From positions 1,792,001-1,856,000 of the forward strand of contig NZ_JAQNDL010000003.1 of the NCBI RefSeq assembly GCF_028368995.1: a DNA stretch of 64,000 nucleotides, read 5' to 3'. The translations under genes and the position numbers were made by a program. Shown in pieces: positions 50,636-59,057 of the stretch; the first letter of the stretch is position 1, and each line of letters begins with the position of its first letter. Origin of the DNA: Nannocystis bainbridge (GTDB lineage: Bacteria > Myxococcota_A > Polyangia > Nannocystales > Nannocystaceae). Below the pieces are notes generated by a model. The model made no database searches. It was not told where the DNA came from and was given only the letters and a program-made list of their open reading frames with translations.

Positions 50636-51118
50636 ATGAGCACCGAGAACAGCGAACAAGTCCTGGACTATCCCCTTCGCGCCCATGGCCCGCTGGAGCC
50701 GCCCGAGGAGTGGGCCAAGCTGCGCCAGAGTTGCCCCATCGCGCACGTGCGCCTGCCCAGCGGGGACAGCGCGGTGCTGCTCACCCGCTACGGCGACGTG
50801 CGGCAGATGATGTCCGACCCGCGCTTCACGCGGCAGCTCGGCGGCAAGGAGGGCGCGGCCCGGATCACCGAGGAGGGGGGCGGCGTGTTCGACAGCGAGT
50901 TCGAGGGCGGGGAGCCCACGTCGCTGTCCGACCTGCTGGCCGCGCTCGGCTTCCCCTTGCCGGTGTGGGTGATCTGCGAGCTGCTCGCAGGGCGGGCCCT
51001 GCCGCACCATGTCGTCGACGAGCTGCTCGGCCATCGCCTCGATTTGCGGCTGCATCGCGGAGACCCGCCGGGCCGTGAACGACTTGGCGAGCAGCCGGCG
51101 GCACCGCTCATGCCCCTC
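50636..51118. pseudogene. Scrambled cytochrome P450 fragments
   Basis: Plus strand carries LRQSCPIAHVRLPSGDSAVLLTRYGDVR..SDPRF and FPLPVWVICELL; minus strand 50990-51118 carries HERCRRLLAKSFTARRVSAMQPQI. Confidence 0.8.
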
Positions 51119-51141
51119 TCAGCGCGCTCAGCGACCTGTCG

Positions 51142-52245
51142 GTGGAGCCGCTGGGGCTGGCGCTCGACGGACAGATCTCCGAGTTCGGGCCCGCGAACTT
51201 CGACGTCACCGCGCCGCTGGTGCTCTGCGACGACGGCGCCGGCCCGCTCCCCAACGACTGCTGCGAGGCGCCGATCGACGACCTGGAGGGCAAGATCATC
51301 CTCGTCGACCGGGGCGCGTGCGTCTTCGAGATTCAGGCCAATCGCCCCTTCGGCAAGGGCGCGGTCGGGGTGCTGATCGCCGACGTCGTCGCGGCCGACG
51401 AGCCGATCGTGCCGCTCGACGACCTCACGGCCCTGAACCCGAACATCCCGAATCTCGGCCTCACCCTCGCCGACGGCGACGCGCTCAAGGCCGCCCTCGC
51501 GGGTCCCGAGCTCACCGTGCACATGGCGGCGAAGGCGGGCCCAACCCGTGACGCGGCCTTCGATTCCCAGATGATCGCGCACGAGTTCAGTCACTATATT
51601 AACAACCGCCTCGGCGACGCGGGCGGTCCGAGCTACCTCGTGATGGGCGAGGGGTGGGGCGACTTCAACGCCATGCTGATGAGCATCCGCGAGGGCGACG
51701 ACCTCCACGGCACCCTCAACTACGCGGCGTGGGGCTCGATCGACCCGGTCCAGTTCTGGAACGGGCGCCAGTACGTCTATTCGACCGACTTCGCCGTCAA
51801 CCCGCTGACGTTCCGCCACATCGGCGACGACGTGCAGCTGCCCGCGGGCCCGCTGTTCAGCCCGAACGGCCTGGCCAACAGCCAGCAGCACAACGCGGGC
51901 CAGGTGGGGGGGGAGATGCTATGGGACAGCTATGTCGCGCTGCAGGAGCTCCACACCGACGACCTCGGGTTCGAGGCCGTGCGGTGCGACGAGGACGGCA
52001 TCCTCGACGACGAGGAGACCGGTCGCGTCGCGTTCGAGGTCTACAACAGCGGCGCCGTGAAGATCGCCGCCGGAGCGACGGTCGAGATCGTCGATCCGCC
52101 GCCGGGCCTGGTGTTCCCCGACGGCCCCGTCGTCACCCTGCCCGAGCTCGCGCCGCAGCAGACGAGCGCGCATACGATCACCGTCACGCTGGACCCCAGC
52201 ATCACCGAGCCGACGCGGGCGGCGCTGCGCGTGCGACTGACCACC
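51142..52245 (+). pseudogene. M36 (fungalysin-like) PA-domain metallopeptidase fragment
   Basis: PA domain (GKIILVDRGAC.F), HEFSH and MGEGWGD; both termini missing. Confidence 0.75.
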
Positions 52246-52288
52246 CGGCGGGTGCGAGGGGCCGAGCCGGCGGTGTGGGCGCGCGAGC

Positions 52289-52591
52289 CCGCTCTATCCC
52301 GACGGGGACCCGCGCGCCGCCGCCCTGCTGGCCGCGGCCGCCGAACACGCGCCGCGCAGCCCGCGGGTCCGCGCGATCCAGGCGATCGTCGACGCCATGC
52401 GCGACGCCGGCCGCGAGCACCCGAACTTCGACGTCGGCCTGGTCGCCCTCGGCGCCGCGCTCGGCCTGCCCCCGCGCACCACCGTCGCCATCTTCGCCGT
52501 CGGCCGCGCCGCCGGCTGGCTGGCCCACGCCTTCGAGCAACGCGCCGCCGGCTTCCTCCTGCGCCCGCGCGCCCGCTACGTCGGGCCCTGA
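52289..52591 (+). pseudogene. Citrate synthase family C-terminal fragment
   Basis: PLYPDGDPRA, PNFDVGL, FAVGRAAGWLAHAFEQ and RPRARYVGP; no 5' half. Confidence 0.8.
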
Positions 52592-52613
52592 TTTACAACA
52601 TGCCCAAAAGGTA

Positions 52614-52629
52614 ATGTTTATATAAACAT
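52614..52629. promoter_or_regulatory. Perfect 16-bp AT-rich palindrome
   Basis: atgtttatataaacat inside an AT-rich patch. Confidence 0.4.
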
Positions 52630-52889
52630 GTTCTAAAACGCATGTCCTTCGCGACATGCTGGCGCTCGGGTGCAAGACGCGGCCCCCCGGACGATGACGC
52701 TGGCCCGACCCTGCCGAGATCGAAGCAAGCCTGCTCGCGCGCGAGAGGCGGCAGTACAGCTCCCCGGTGAGACGACGACGACGTGGCGGTCCGTATCGCC
52801 TCGATGCGCGCCGCTCGAAAGCTCACTTCGCCGCGCGCGGGCCCGGTTGTGCCCGCGAGGCCGTCGCGGCTACGCTCGGGCCCCGAGGA

Positions 52890-53034
52890 GCCGACGCAGG
52901 GCATCGAGTGCAACGCCGACCTCTGCGTCTGCCTCCTGGACGACGTCGACGTCGGCCAGTGCCCGTCGGACGGCGTGTGCATGGACGGCGGCGCCATCTT
53001 CGACAAGATGGCGAGCTGCTGCGACTTCGGCTGA
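52890..53034 (+). pseudogene. 3' fragment of a Cys-rich protein
   Basis: GIECNADLCVCLLDDVDVGQC..C..SCCDFG with no plausible start. Confidence 0.4.
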
Positions 53035-53052
53035 GGCCGCGCGCGCGTCCCG

Positions 53053-54165
53053 TCACGCGCGGCGCTTCTGCTCGCCGAGTCGGGCGATGCAGTGCTGCAG
53101 CGCGTCGCGCAGCCGACCGTGGACGGTCACGTACGACAGGTCGACGCCGAGGGACACCATCGTCTGCGCGATCATCGGATGAATGCCGGTGACGACCCCC
53201 TCGGCGCCGAGCAGACCGATCGCGCGGATCATCGCAATCAAATGGCTGGCCGTGCCGGTGTCGACGACCTCGACGCCGGTGAGGTCGAGGATGGCGAAGC
53301 GGACCCGCAGGCGGCCGACCGCCTGCAGCAGGCTGTCCATGATCTCGGCGGTGCGCACGCTGTCGACGAGGCCGAGGATCGGCACGGTGATGATGCCGTC
53401 CCAGACCTCGATGATCGGGGTCGAGAGCTCGCGGATCACCTCCTGCTGCTTCTCGATCAGGTCGAGCTTGGCCTGCAGCTCGGCCTCGCGGCCGCGCGCC
53501 TCCGTCATGTCGAGCGAGACGGCGACCAGCGCGGCCTCGCCCGGACCGGCGTCCGCGACCGGGATGTACCAGTTCCTCCACGGCACCCCGAGCACCTCGA
53601 CCTCCTCGCCGAGGCACGCCTCGCCCGCGAGCGCGCGCCGCACCCGGCCGTGGCCCGGGTGATCGCCGAACGCCTCGAAGATGCTCAGACCGACGAATTG
53701 CTGCGAGCGGAGCCCGGCCGCGCGCATGCCCTTGCCGTCCTGAAACAGATAGACCCCGTCCCGATCGAGCGCCCACACTGCGGTCTCGAGGTTCTCGATG
53801 ATCACGCCGAGCATCTTCTCGGCCAGCGCCGCGCGGCGATGGGCGGCGACCCGCTCGCTGACGTCGTGGCCGTGGATCGTCGCGCCGGTCGCCTCGGCGT
53901 CGCCCGACAATTGCCACCACGCCTCGAACTGCAGCGCTCGTTCGCCGCGAGCCACCGCCAGCACCTGCGGCGTCTCGTTGTCCGCGACCAGCAGGCCGGA
54001 CCAGCTGCCGGCGACCAGCGGCACGACCTCGCCGAGGTCCCGCCCCAGCACGTCCGCCTCCGTGGCCCCGAACACCTGCTCGGCGCGACGGCTCCAGCCG
54101 GTCACCCGCAGGACATCGTCCACTTCGATCACCACGTGCGGGGCGCGCTTGCTTCGTGCATCCAT
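53053..54165 (-). CDS. PAS-PAS-STAS protein (RsbR-like)
   Basis: WSRRAEQVFG PAS; second PAS; IRELSTPIIEVW..PILG..ILDLTGV STAS. Confidence 0.9.
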   Translation of the reverse strand: MDARSKRAPHVVIEVDDVLRVTGWSRRAEQVFGATEADVLGRDLGEVVPLVAGSWSGLLVADNETPQVLAVARGERALQFEAWWQLSGDAEATGATIHGHDVSERVAAHRRAALAEKMLGVIIENLETAVWALDRDGVYLFQDGKGMRAAGLRSQQFVGLSIFEAFGDHPGHGRVRRALAGEACLGEEVEVLGVPWRNWYIPVADAGPGEAALVAVSLDMTEARGREAELQAKLDLIEKQQEVIRELSTPIIEVWDGIITVPILGLVDSVRTAEIMDSLLQAVGRLRVRFAILDLTGVEVVDTGTASHLIAMIRAIGLLGAEGVVTGIHPMIAQTMVSLGVDLSYVTVHGRLRDALQHCIARLGEQKRRA

Positions 54166-54940
54166 CGCCCCGTTTCTTATCATGCGCAGGAAACCCCGCG
54201 GCGACCGACAGGACCCCGTTTAAACGGTGTCCCGGATTTCCCGCACACACCGCCTCGCGGTCGTGGCACCCCGCCGCCCCCGGCCCCACATCGGCGGTGA
54301 AGTCTGTGTCGCCGTGCAACGCTCGGCTCGCCGATGCAGACAGCTCGCCTTCGCCCGCCCGTGGCGCCTGGCGAAAAGGACATGTCCACAACCACCGTAG
54401 ATTCATGACATGTCCCTTCGGCCATCCTCACCCCGGCCGGAGACCTGCGCGAAGATGTCCTGATCGCCCCACGGTCAGCGCGGCAATTCCTCGCCGCAGC
54501 GCCGCAGCAGCGCGTCCGCCGGTGGCGTGCGAGTTTGTGGCTCGGCATCAGACGTTCCGGATCAAGGTGCTTGTGGACAAGGAACCGCCAGAGGGCGAGC
54601 GAGCTCCATCCTCGGCCGCTTGATCAAGTTCTTCCAGACACTCGTTGAGCTTCTCGGGGATGTCGGTGGCGGGGGGCGTGCTCCCCGCGGTCGTCGAGGA
54701 CGTCTTGGTCGACGACACACCCGCGGGAGCTTCCTGGACGTGGGTACTGCTGTGCTTCCCGGCGTCGTTGTGGTCAGAGCTGCCGTGCCTCCACGGCTCG
54801 GCAGAACAGGAATCTGGCCGAGCGGGGGTGCAACGAGGGCAGGCTGGTTCGTCAGATGGCGCAGGAGCGGCCCCCAATCCCGGGGCAACCTATAGTGTGT
54901 GAACGGCTTGAGGATTGCGGGGACTGTGGACCGGCCTGAC

Positions 54941-55036
54941 GTCTGGCAGCTCGTTGTCGACCTGCGCAACGCGGGGATCGACGCCCGGTCCGATCACAAC
55001 GTCCCTGCGCCGCATGAGGGCTGGCCCCGGTGAATG
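54941..55036 (+). pseudogene. SEFIR/TIR-like domain remnant
   Basis: LVVDLRNAGIDARSDHNVPAPHEGWPR*M matches the SEFIR pattern LR..GID..LD....P.EGWPRWM with a TGG-to-TGA change. Confidence 0.6.
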
Positions 55037-55158
55037 GCATTCTCGCGCTCAATGGCGCGCAGAGCGGATCTAAACCACACGCACCGTATTGGCGATGTCG
55101 TCCGCGTACTGATTCCAGACCCTCGGTCGGACCTTGGACACCTGGTCGCTGTCGCGCA

Positions 55159-55487
55159 GACCTGGAGCGTCTCCACCAGCTCTCCAAGACACAGGTCGAA
55201 GCCCGCGAGTCCTGGGGACTCGCGGGCTCTCAAGTGTCAGCAGGATTTCTGTGCCAGGACGCGGGCTTGGGGCGAAAGGCGAGCGCGATCAGGTGGTTGG
55301 CAAAGTCCGTGTCCTACTGCTCGAAGCACTAATCAGCGGACTTTCTCAACCCTTTGATCGCACTCGCAATTTCGCCAAAGCCCGCGTAGATGTTCAAGAA
55401 TTGGCTCCTGTCTCGAGAGCCCGCGAGTCCCCAAGGCTCGCGGGCTTCGACCTGTGTCGTGGAGACGTCGGGGAGACGCTCCAGGTC
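55159..55487. mobile_element. MITE/REP-like element with 73-bp imperfect inverted arms (55159-55231 and 55415-55487)
   Basis: Arms match at 66/73 positions by manual alignment; each contains a gcccgcgag...ctcgcgggc hairpin. Confidence 0.65.
55312..55328. repeat. 17-bp direct repeat, copy 2
   Basis: Identical to 48902-48918 and enclosed by an aaagtccg...cggacttt inverted repeat. Confidence 0.5.
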
Positions 55488-55515
55488 CACGCAAAGCCGC
55501 TCGGGCTGTCGGCAC

Positions 55516-56685
55516 TCATCCAGCCGGGGCCCGGATCGTCTCCGCAAGCCTGTCGAGAGCGCCCTCGACCTCGCTCCAGGGCGCGCCGAGATCGAGCCCC
55601 TGTGTGGCGATCGCGTTGGCTCGATCATGCGTTAGGTGCTCCTGGATCCCCGCCGGGCGATCGGGAAACACCAACATCGCTCGTTGGACGCCGTAGCGAC
55701 GCGCGTAGGCGAGGGCTTGAAAGGCGTCGTCCGACGCTGGCGCGCCACCGCGCCGGAGCTTGTACTTGGCGTCGATCACAGCCATCGCCTGGTCGTCGCG
55801 ATACACGACGATGTCCGGCCGGATCTCTATCACCGCCGCCGTGTCCAGGCTGGTCCGTTCTTGCAGCGAGACCCGCCACGGCGGCCCCAGGCGCGCGCGG
55901 AGCGACGCCGACACGAAGCGCTCGAACAGCGGGGCCATCTCCACCACGAAGCTCGCGCCGGGCGCAGCGCCGTCGCCCAGCCCGAGCGCCGTGCCCTCGA
56001 GGATCAGCCGGCACAACGCGTGCACAGGCCGATACGGCTCGGTGAAGCGGTCATAGCGAAACTGGGCGATCTCGGGGGGGCGCAGCCGTGAGAGCGGTAA
56101 AGAGGCGAGGCGGTGACGCAGCTGCGACAGACGAACGGCGAGCGCCGGGCTGCGGCTGCGGCAGATCTCGGTGGTCTGCCTCAGTACGCCGTTAAACAGG
56201 GTATCGAACGTGTATTCCTCGTGACGGCAGCTGAGCTCCGTGACGAGCGCTTCGGGACGGCGCAGGTGGACCGGGAGGTCGAGGCGGCCGCGCAACGCGG
56301 CTAGCCGCTCGTGATGTTCGACGTAGTCACGCCGTAGACCGGCGGCGACGAGGGCCTCGGCGCGGCTCACGAACGCAGCGACGAGCAGGTCAGGCAGCGC
56401 GCCCTCGCCGAGCGTGGTTACGGGTTCAAGCAGGCGAGGCAACTCGGAGGCGGCGGCGAGCATCCGACACAGGTTGGCCACGGGGTACTTCGGGAGCAGC
56501 TCCAGCGTACCCTCGTGCAGCTCCAGGCGCCCGACGACGCCCTTGGGGCTCACGATCCACCGGCCTCCCGCGGCCGGGCGGACATCGACGAGGCGACCCA
56601 ACTCGGCTAGGCGGCGCAGGGAGCTCTCCGAAAGCAACAGCGGCGCGCTGGGCGTCCATTCACGCAACCGAGCCAGCGTGCTCAT
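55516..56685 (-). CDS. mcrC: McrC family PD-(D/E)xK restriction subunit
   Basis: LELLPK, GLRRDY, LRGRLD, FERFV and IRPDIVV..IDAKYK; directly downstream of McrB. Confidence 0.88.
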   Translation of the reverse strand: MSTLARLREWTPSAPLLLSESSLRRLAELGRLVDVRPAAGGRWIVSPKGVVGRLELHEGTLELLPKYPVANLCRMLAAASELPRLLEPVTTLGEGALPDLLVAAFVSRAEALVAAGLRRDYVEHHERLAALRGRLDLPVHLRRPEALVTELSCRHEEYTFDTLFNGVLRQTTEICRSRSPALAVRLSQLRHRLASLPLSRLRPPEIAQFRYDRFTEPYRPVHALCRLILEGTALGLGDGAAPGASFVVEMAPLFERFVSASLRARLGPPWRVSLQERTSLDTAAVIEIRPDIVVYRDDQAMAVIDAKYKLRRGGAPASDDAFQALAYARRYGVQRAMLVFPDRPAGIQEHLTHDRANAIATQGLDLGAPWSEVEGALDRLAETIRAPAG

Positions 56686-56695
56686 CGCCCGCGCC

Positions 56696-58771
56696 CTATA
56701 ACCCACTGACCAGGCGCGGCTCTACGAAGGCCTCGTAGTCGAACGCGCGGTGCAATTCTTCGCGCCCGTGCAGCAGCTCCTCGACCAGGGGGACGACGCT
56801 CGCGCGCCAGATCAACGCCAGGGCGTCCTCATCGAGACCAGGCCGCATAAAGTGACTGTGTCCGATCAGGCGCTCACGGCTCACTCCGTGGCGCCTAAGC
56901 TCTAGATTGAGCGCCCGCATCACGGCCGCGACGGACTTCATGCGCGGCGCGTGACGATCGAGCCAGCGCTCGAGCCGTTCGGGCTCGGGCTCGAGCTTGA
57001 AGAAGTGGAAGCGCCTCCGCAGCGCCATGTCCAGCGGGGCGATCGATTGGTCCGCGGTGTTCATGGTGCCCAAGAGCACGAGGTTATGCGGCACCCGCAA
57101 GACGCGCCGCGACTGCGACAGCGTGACGGGCTCGCCGCGCCGCTCAAGGGCGAACAGCAGCTCTCCGAAGATGCGGGGGAGGTTGCCGCGGTTGATCTCG
57201 TCGATCACGAGCACGTGCTCTCGCCCGAGATCGCTAGCCGCGCGCTCACAGAAGTTCAGGAACACGCCCGGGACCACCGGATAGGTCATCTGCCCGCCTA
57301 CGGGGGTCGGGCGGATGCCTTCGATGAAATCCTCGTAGCCGTAGCTGGGATGGAATTGCACGACCTCGATCCGTGAGCGGTCGCCGCCGCTGCGCAGGCG
57401 GGCGAGGCGCTCGGCGATCCATGTCTTCCCCGTACCGGGGGGGCCGCAGAGCATGAGCTGTGACCGGTCATGCAGGAGGCGCTCCAGATCTGTCAGGTCG
57501 GCGTCCTCAAACAGGGTCTCGGCCAAAAACTGCGCGCGGTCGTAGGCTTCGGAGCCCGGGGGCGTCGGGGACTCGGCGTCGTCCGGCGTCGGGTCGGGCG
57601 AATCGACGTACTCCGGGTGGTCGGCGAAGTAAGCGACGATGTCCAGCCCGACGACCGGTAACTCGTGCTCCACGACGAGGGCCCGCAAGCGCTCGCACGC
57701 GCGGATGTACGAGGGGCCGTCAGTCGGCGCGACGCCGGTCAGGCGCACGTAGCCGCGGGCCAGCATGCCCGACTGCGCGGGGAACCAGCGCTCGGGAGCC
57801 TTGCAGTGCAGCACCATGGTCGGGAACGACATCCCGGCGTTGGACAGCGGGGAGTCCCTGCGCAGACGGTCGATGGTCGCGGCCGCGTCCGCGTCCGACT
57901 CGCAGGCCCACAAGGTATCGATCCAGTGGTTGGCTGCCTCGGCTTGGTCGACGATCCGGTTGCGCGAATGACCGCCCATCGCTTGGCCGAAGCGGGTCAT
58001 GCGCTCGCGCCCATTCTCGAGGTCGGTGTTGAAAAGGCGCATCAGCTGGATCAGGTCCTCGGCGGACAACGAGCGCCTGTTGGCCGCGATGAGCTGCCGA
58101 GCCTCGGCCAGCGCCCGCTGCCGGACTTTGATTCGCGCGGGCGGAAGGTCTCGTCGAGCGCGTGCGATCACTGCCGTGATGTCCGGCTCCTCGCGGCGTC
58201 GAGTAGCCGGACGCGGCAGCGAGCGCCCGAGCTCCGTCTCGAGAGCGCCGAGGAAGCCAGGCGAGTGCGAGCGGTAGAACGAGGTGTCGCGTGACGCCGC
58301 CGCGGCGATGAACGCCTGCGAGGCCGCGCGGACCCGGGGCCACAGCGCCGCGACGTCCTCGGCCGGGAGGTAGAGCACCGCCGCCGGGCCGGTGGATTTG
58401 AAGGTCCACGTCCCCTTGAGGCGAGGCCCGAGCGCGGTCCGCGTCTCGTCATCGAGCCTGGCCGGATCGACCAAGAGAAACAACATCTCGTGCAAGATCA
58501 CCCCCACATACACCAAGCCGACGTTGAGGGTTACGCGCTCCGTGAAGAGGGTGACGGCCCACTTGCGGTCCCCGTGTCCGTGAGCCGGTTCGATGAGCTC
58601 GGCGAACACTCGCAGGACCTCGATCCTCGACTCGGGATGCGGCAGCAGCCGCGCGACGATCTCGGTCGCCGCCGACGGGTCGTCGCGGTCCTTCGGGCTG
58701 GCGCTCGCGCGCTCGTGCTCCGCGACGGCCCCTGCGATGCGAGCTTCGAGCTCCGTCTCCATGGCAGTCAT
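56696..58771 (-). CDS. mcrB: McrB family AAA+ GTPase with extended N-terminal domains
   Basis: GPPGTGKT, VQFHPSYGYEDF, IDEINRG, MNTAD, ALRRRF and IGHSHF motifs. Confidence 0.92.
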   Translation of the reverse strand: MTAMETELEARIAGAVAEHERASASPKDRDDPSAATEIVARLLPHPESRIEVLRVFAELIEPAHGHGDRKWAVTLFTERVTLNVGLVYVGVILHEMLFLLVDPARLDDETRTALGPRLKGTWTFKSTGPAAVLYLPAEDVAALWPRVRAASQAFIAAAASRDTSFYRSHSPGFLGALETELGRSLPRPATRRREEPDITAVIARARRDLPPARIKVRQRALAEARQLIAANRRSLSAEDLIQLMRLFNTDLENGRERMTRFGQAMGGHSRNRIVDQAEAANHWIDTLWACESDADAAATIDRLRRDSPLSNAGMSFPTMVLHCKAPERWFPAQSGMLARGYVRLTGVAPTDGPSYIRACERLRALVVEHELPVVGLDIVAYFADHPEYVDSPDPTPDDAESPTPPGSEAYDRAQFLAETLFEDADLTDLERLLHDRSQLMLCGPPGTGKTWIAERLARLRSGGDRSRIEVVQFHPSYGYEDFIEGIRPTPVGGQMTYPVVPGVFLNFCERAASDLGREHVLVIDEINRGNLPRIFGELLFALERRGEPVTLSQSRRVLRVPHNLVLLGTMNTADQSIAPLDMALRRRFHFFKLEPEPERLERWLDRHAPRMKSVAAVMRALNLELRRHGVSRERLIGHSHFMRPGLDEDALALIWRASVVPLVEELLHGREELHRAFDYEAFVEPRLVSGL

Positions 58772-59057
58772 GATTAGCCGATGCGAAGCCCGGCCGTATA
58801 TCAGGGCCGAAGGGCTGAGCGCTTCCGCGCGGCGCTCGCCGATGCGCGAACCTGGGCTCTTGCAGAAGTGCCCGGCCCTGTGAGCCCCGCCCGACCATGG
58901 CCGAGGCCGACCTCCGCGGCGGCACTGTCCCGCGGCGAGGGCTGATCGTCCCGAGCGACCCGAACTCGCCTGGTCATTCGGGGGGCGAATGCCGGGGCGA
59001 GAGACCCCCCCGATGAAGATCGCGTCAGAGCGCGACGCGAGGAGTGGTAGAGTCGGT

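Noticed and set aside
52590-52645. Possible dif site
   Set aside because: There is only loose similarity to a XerD arm and no proper 11-6-11 layout.
55300-55346. aaagtccg as an RNase P RNA signature
   Set aside because: The other conserved RNase P elements are missing; it is simply a local inverted repeat.
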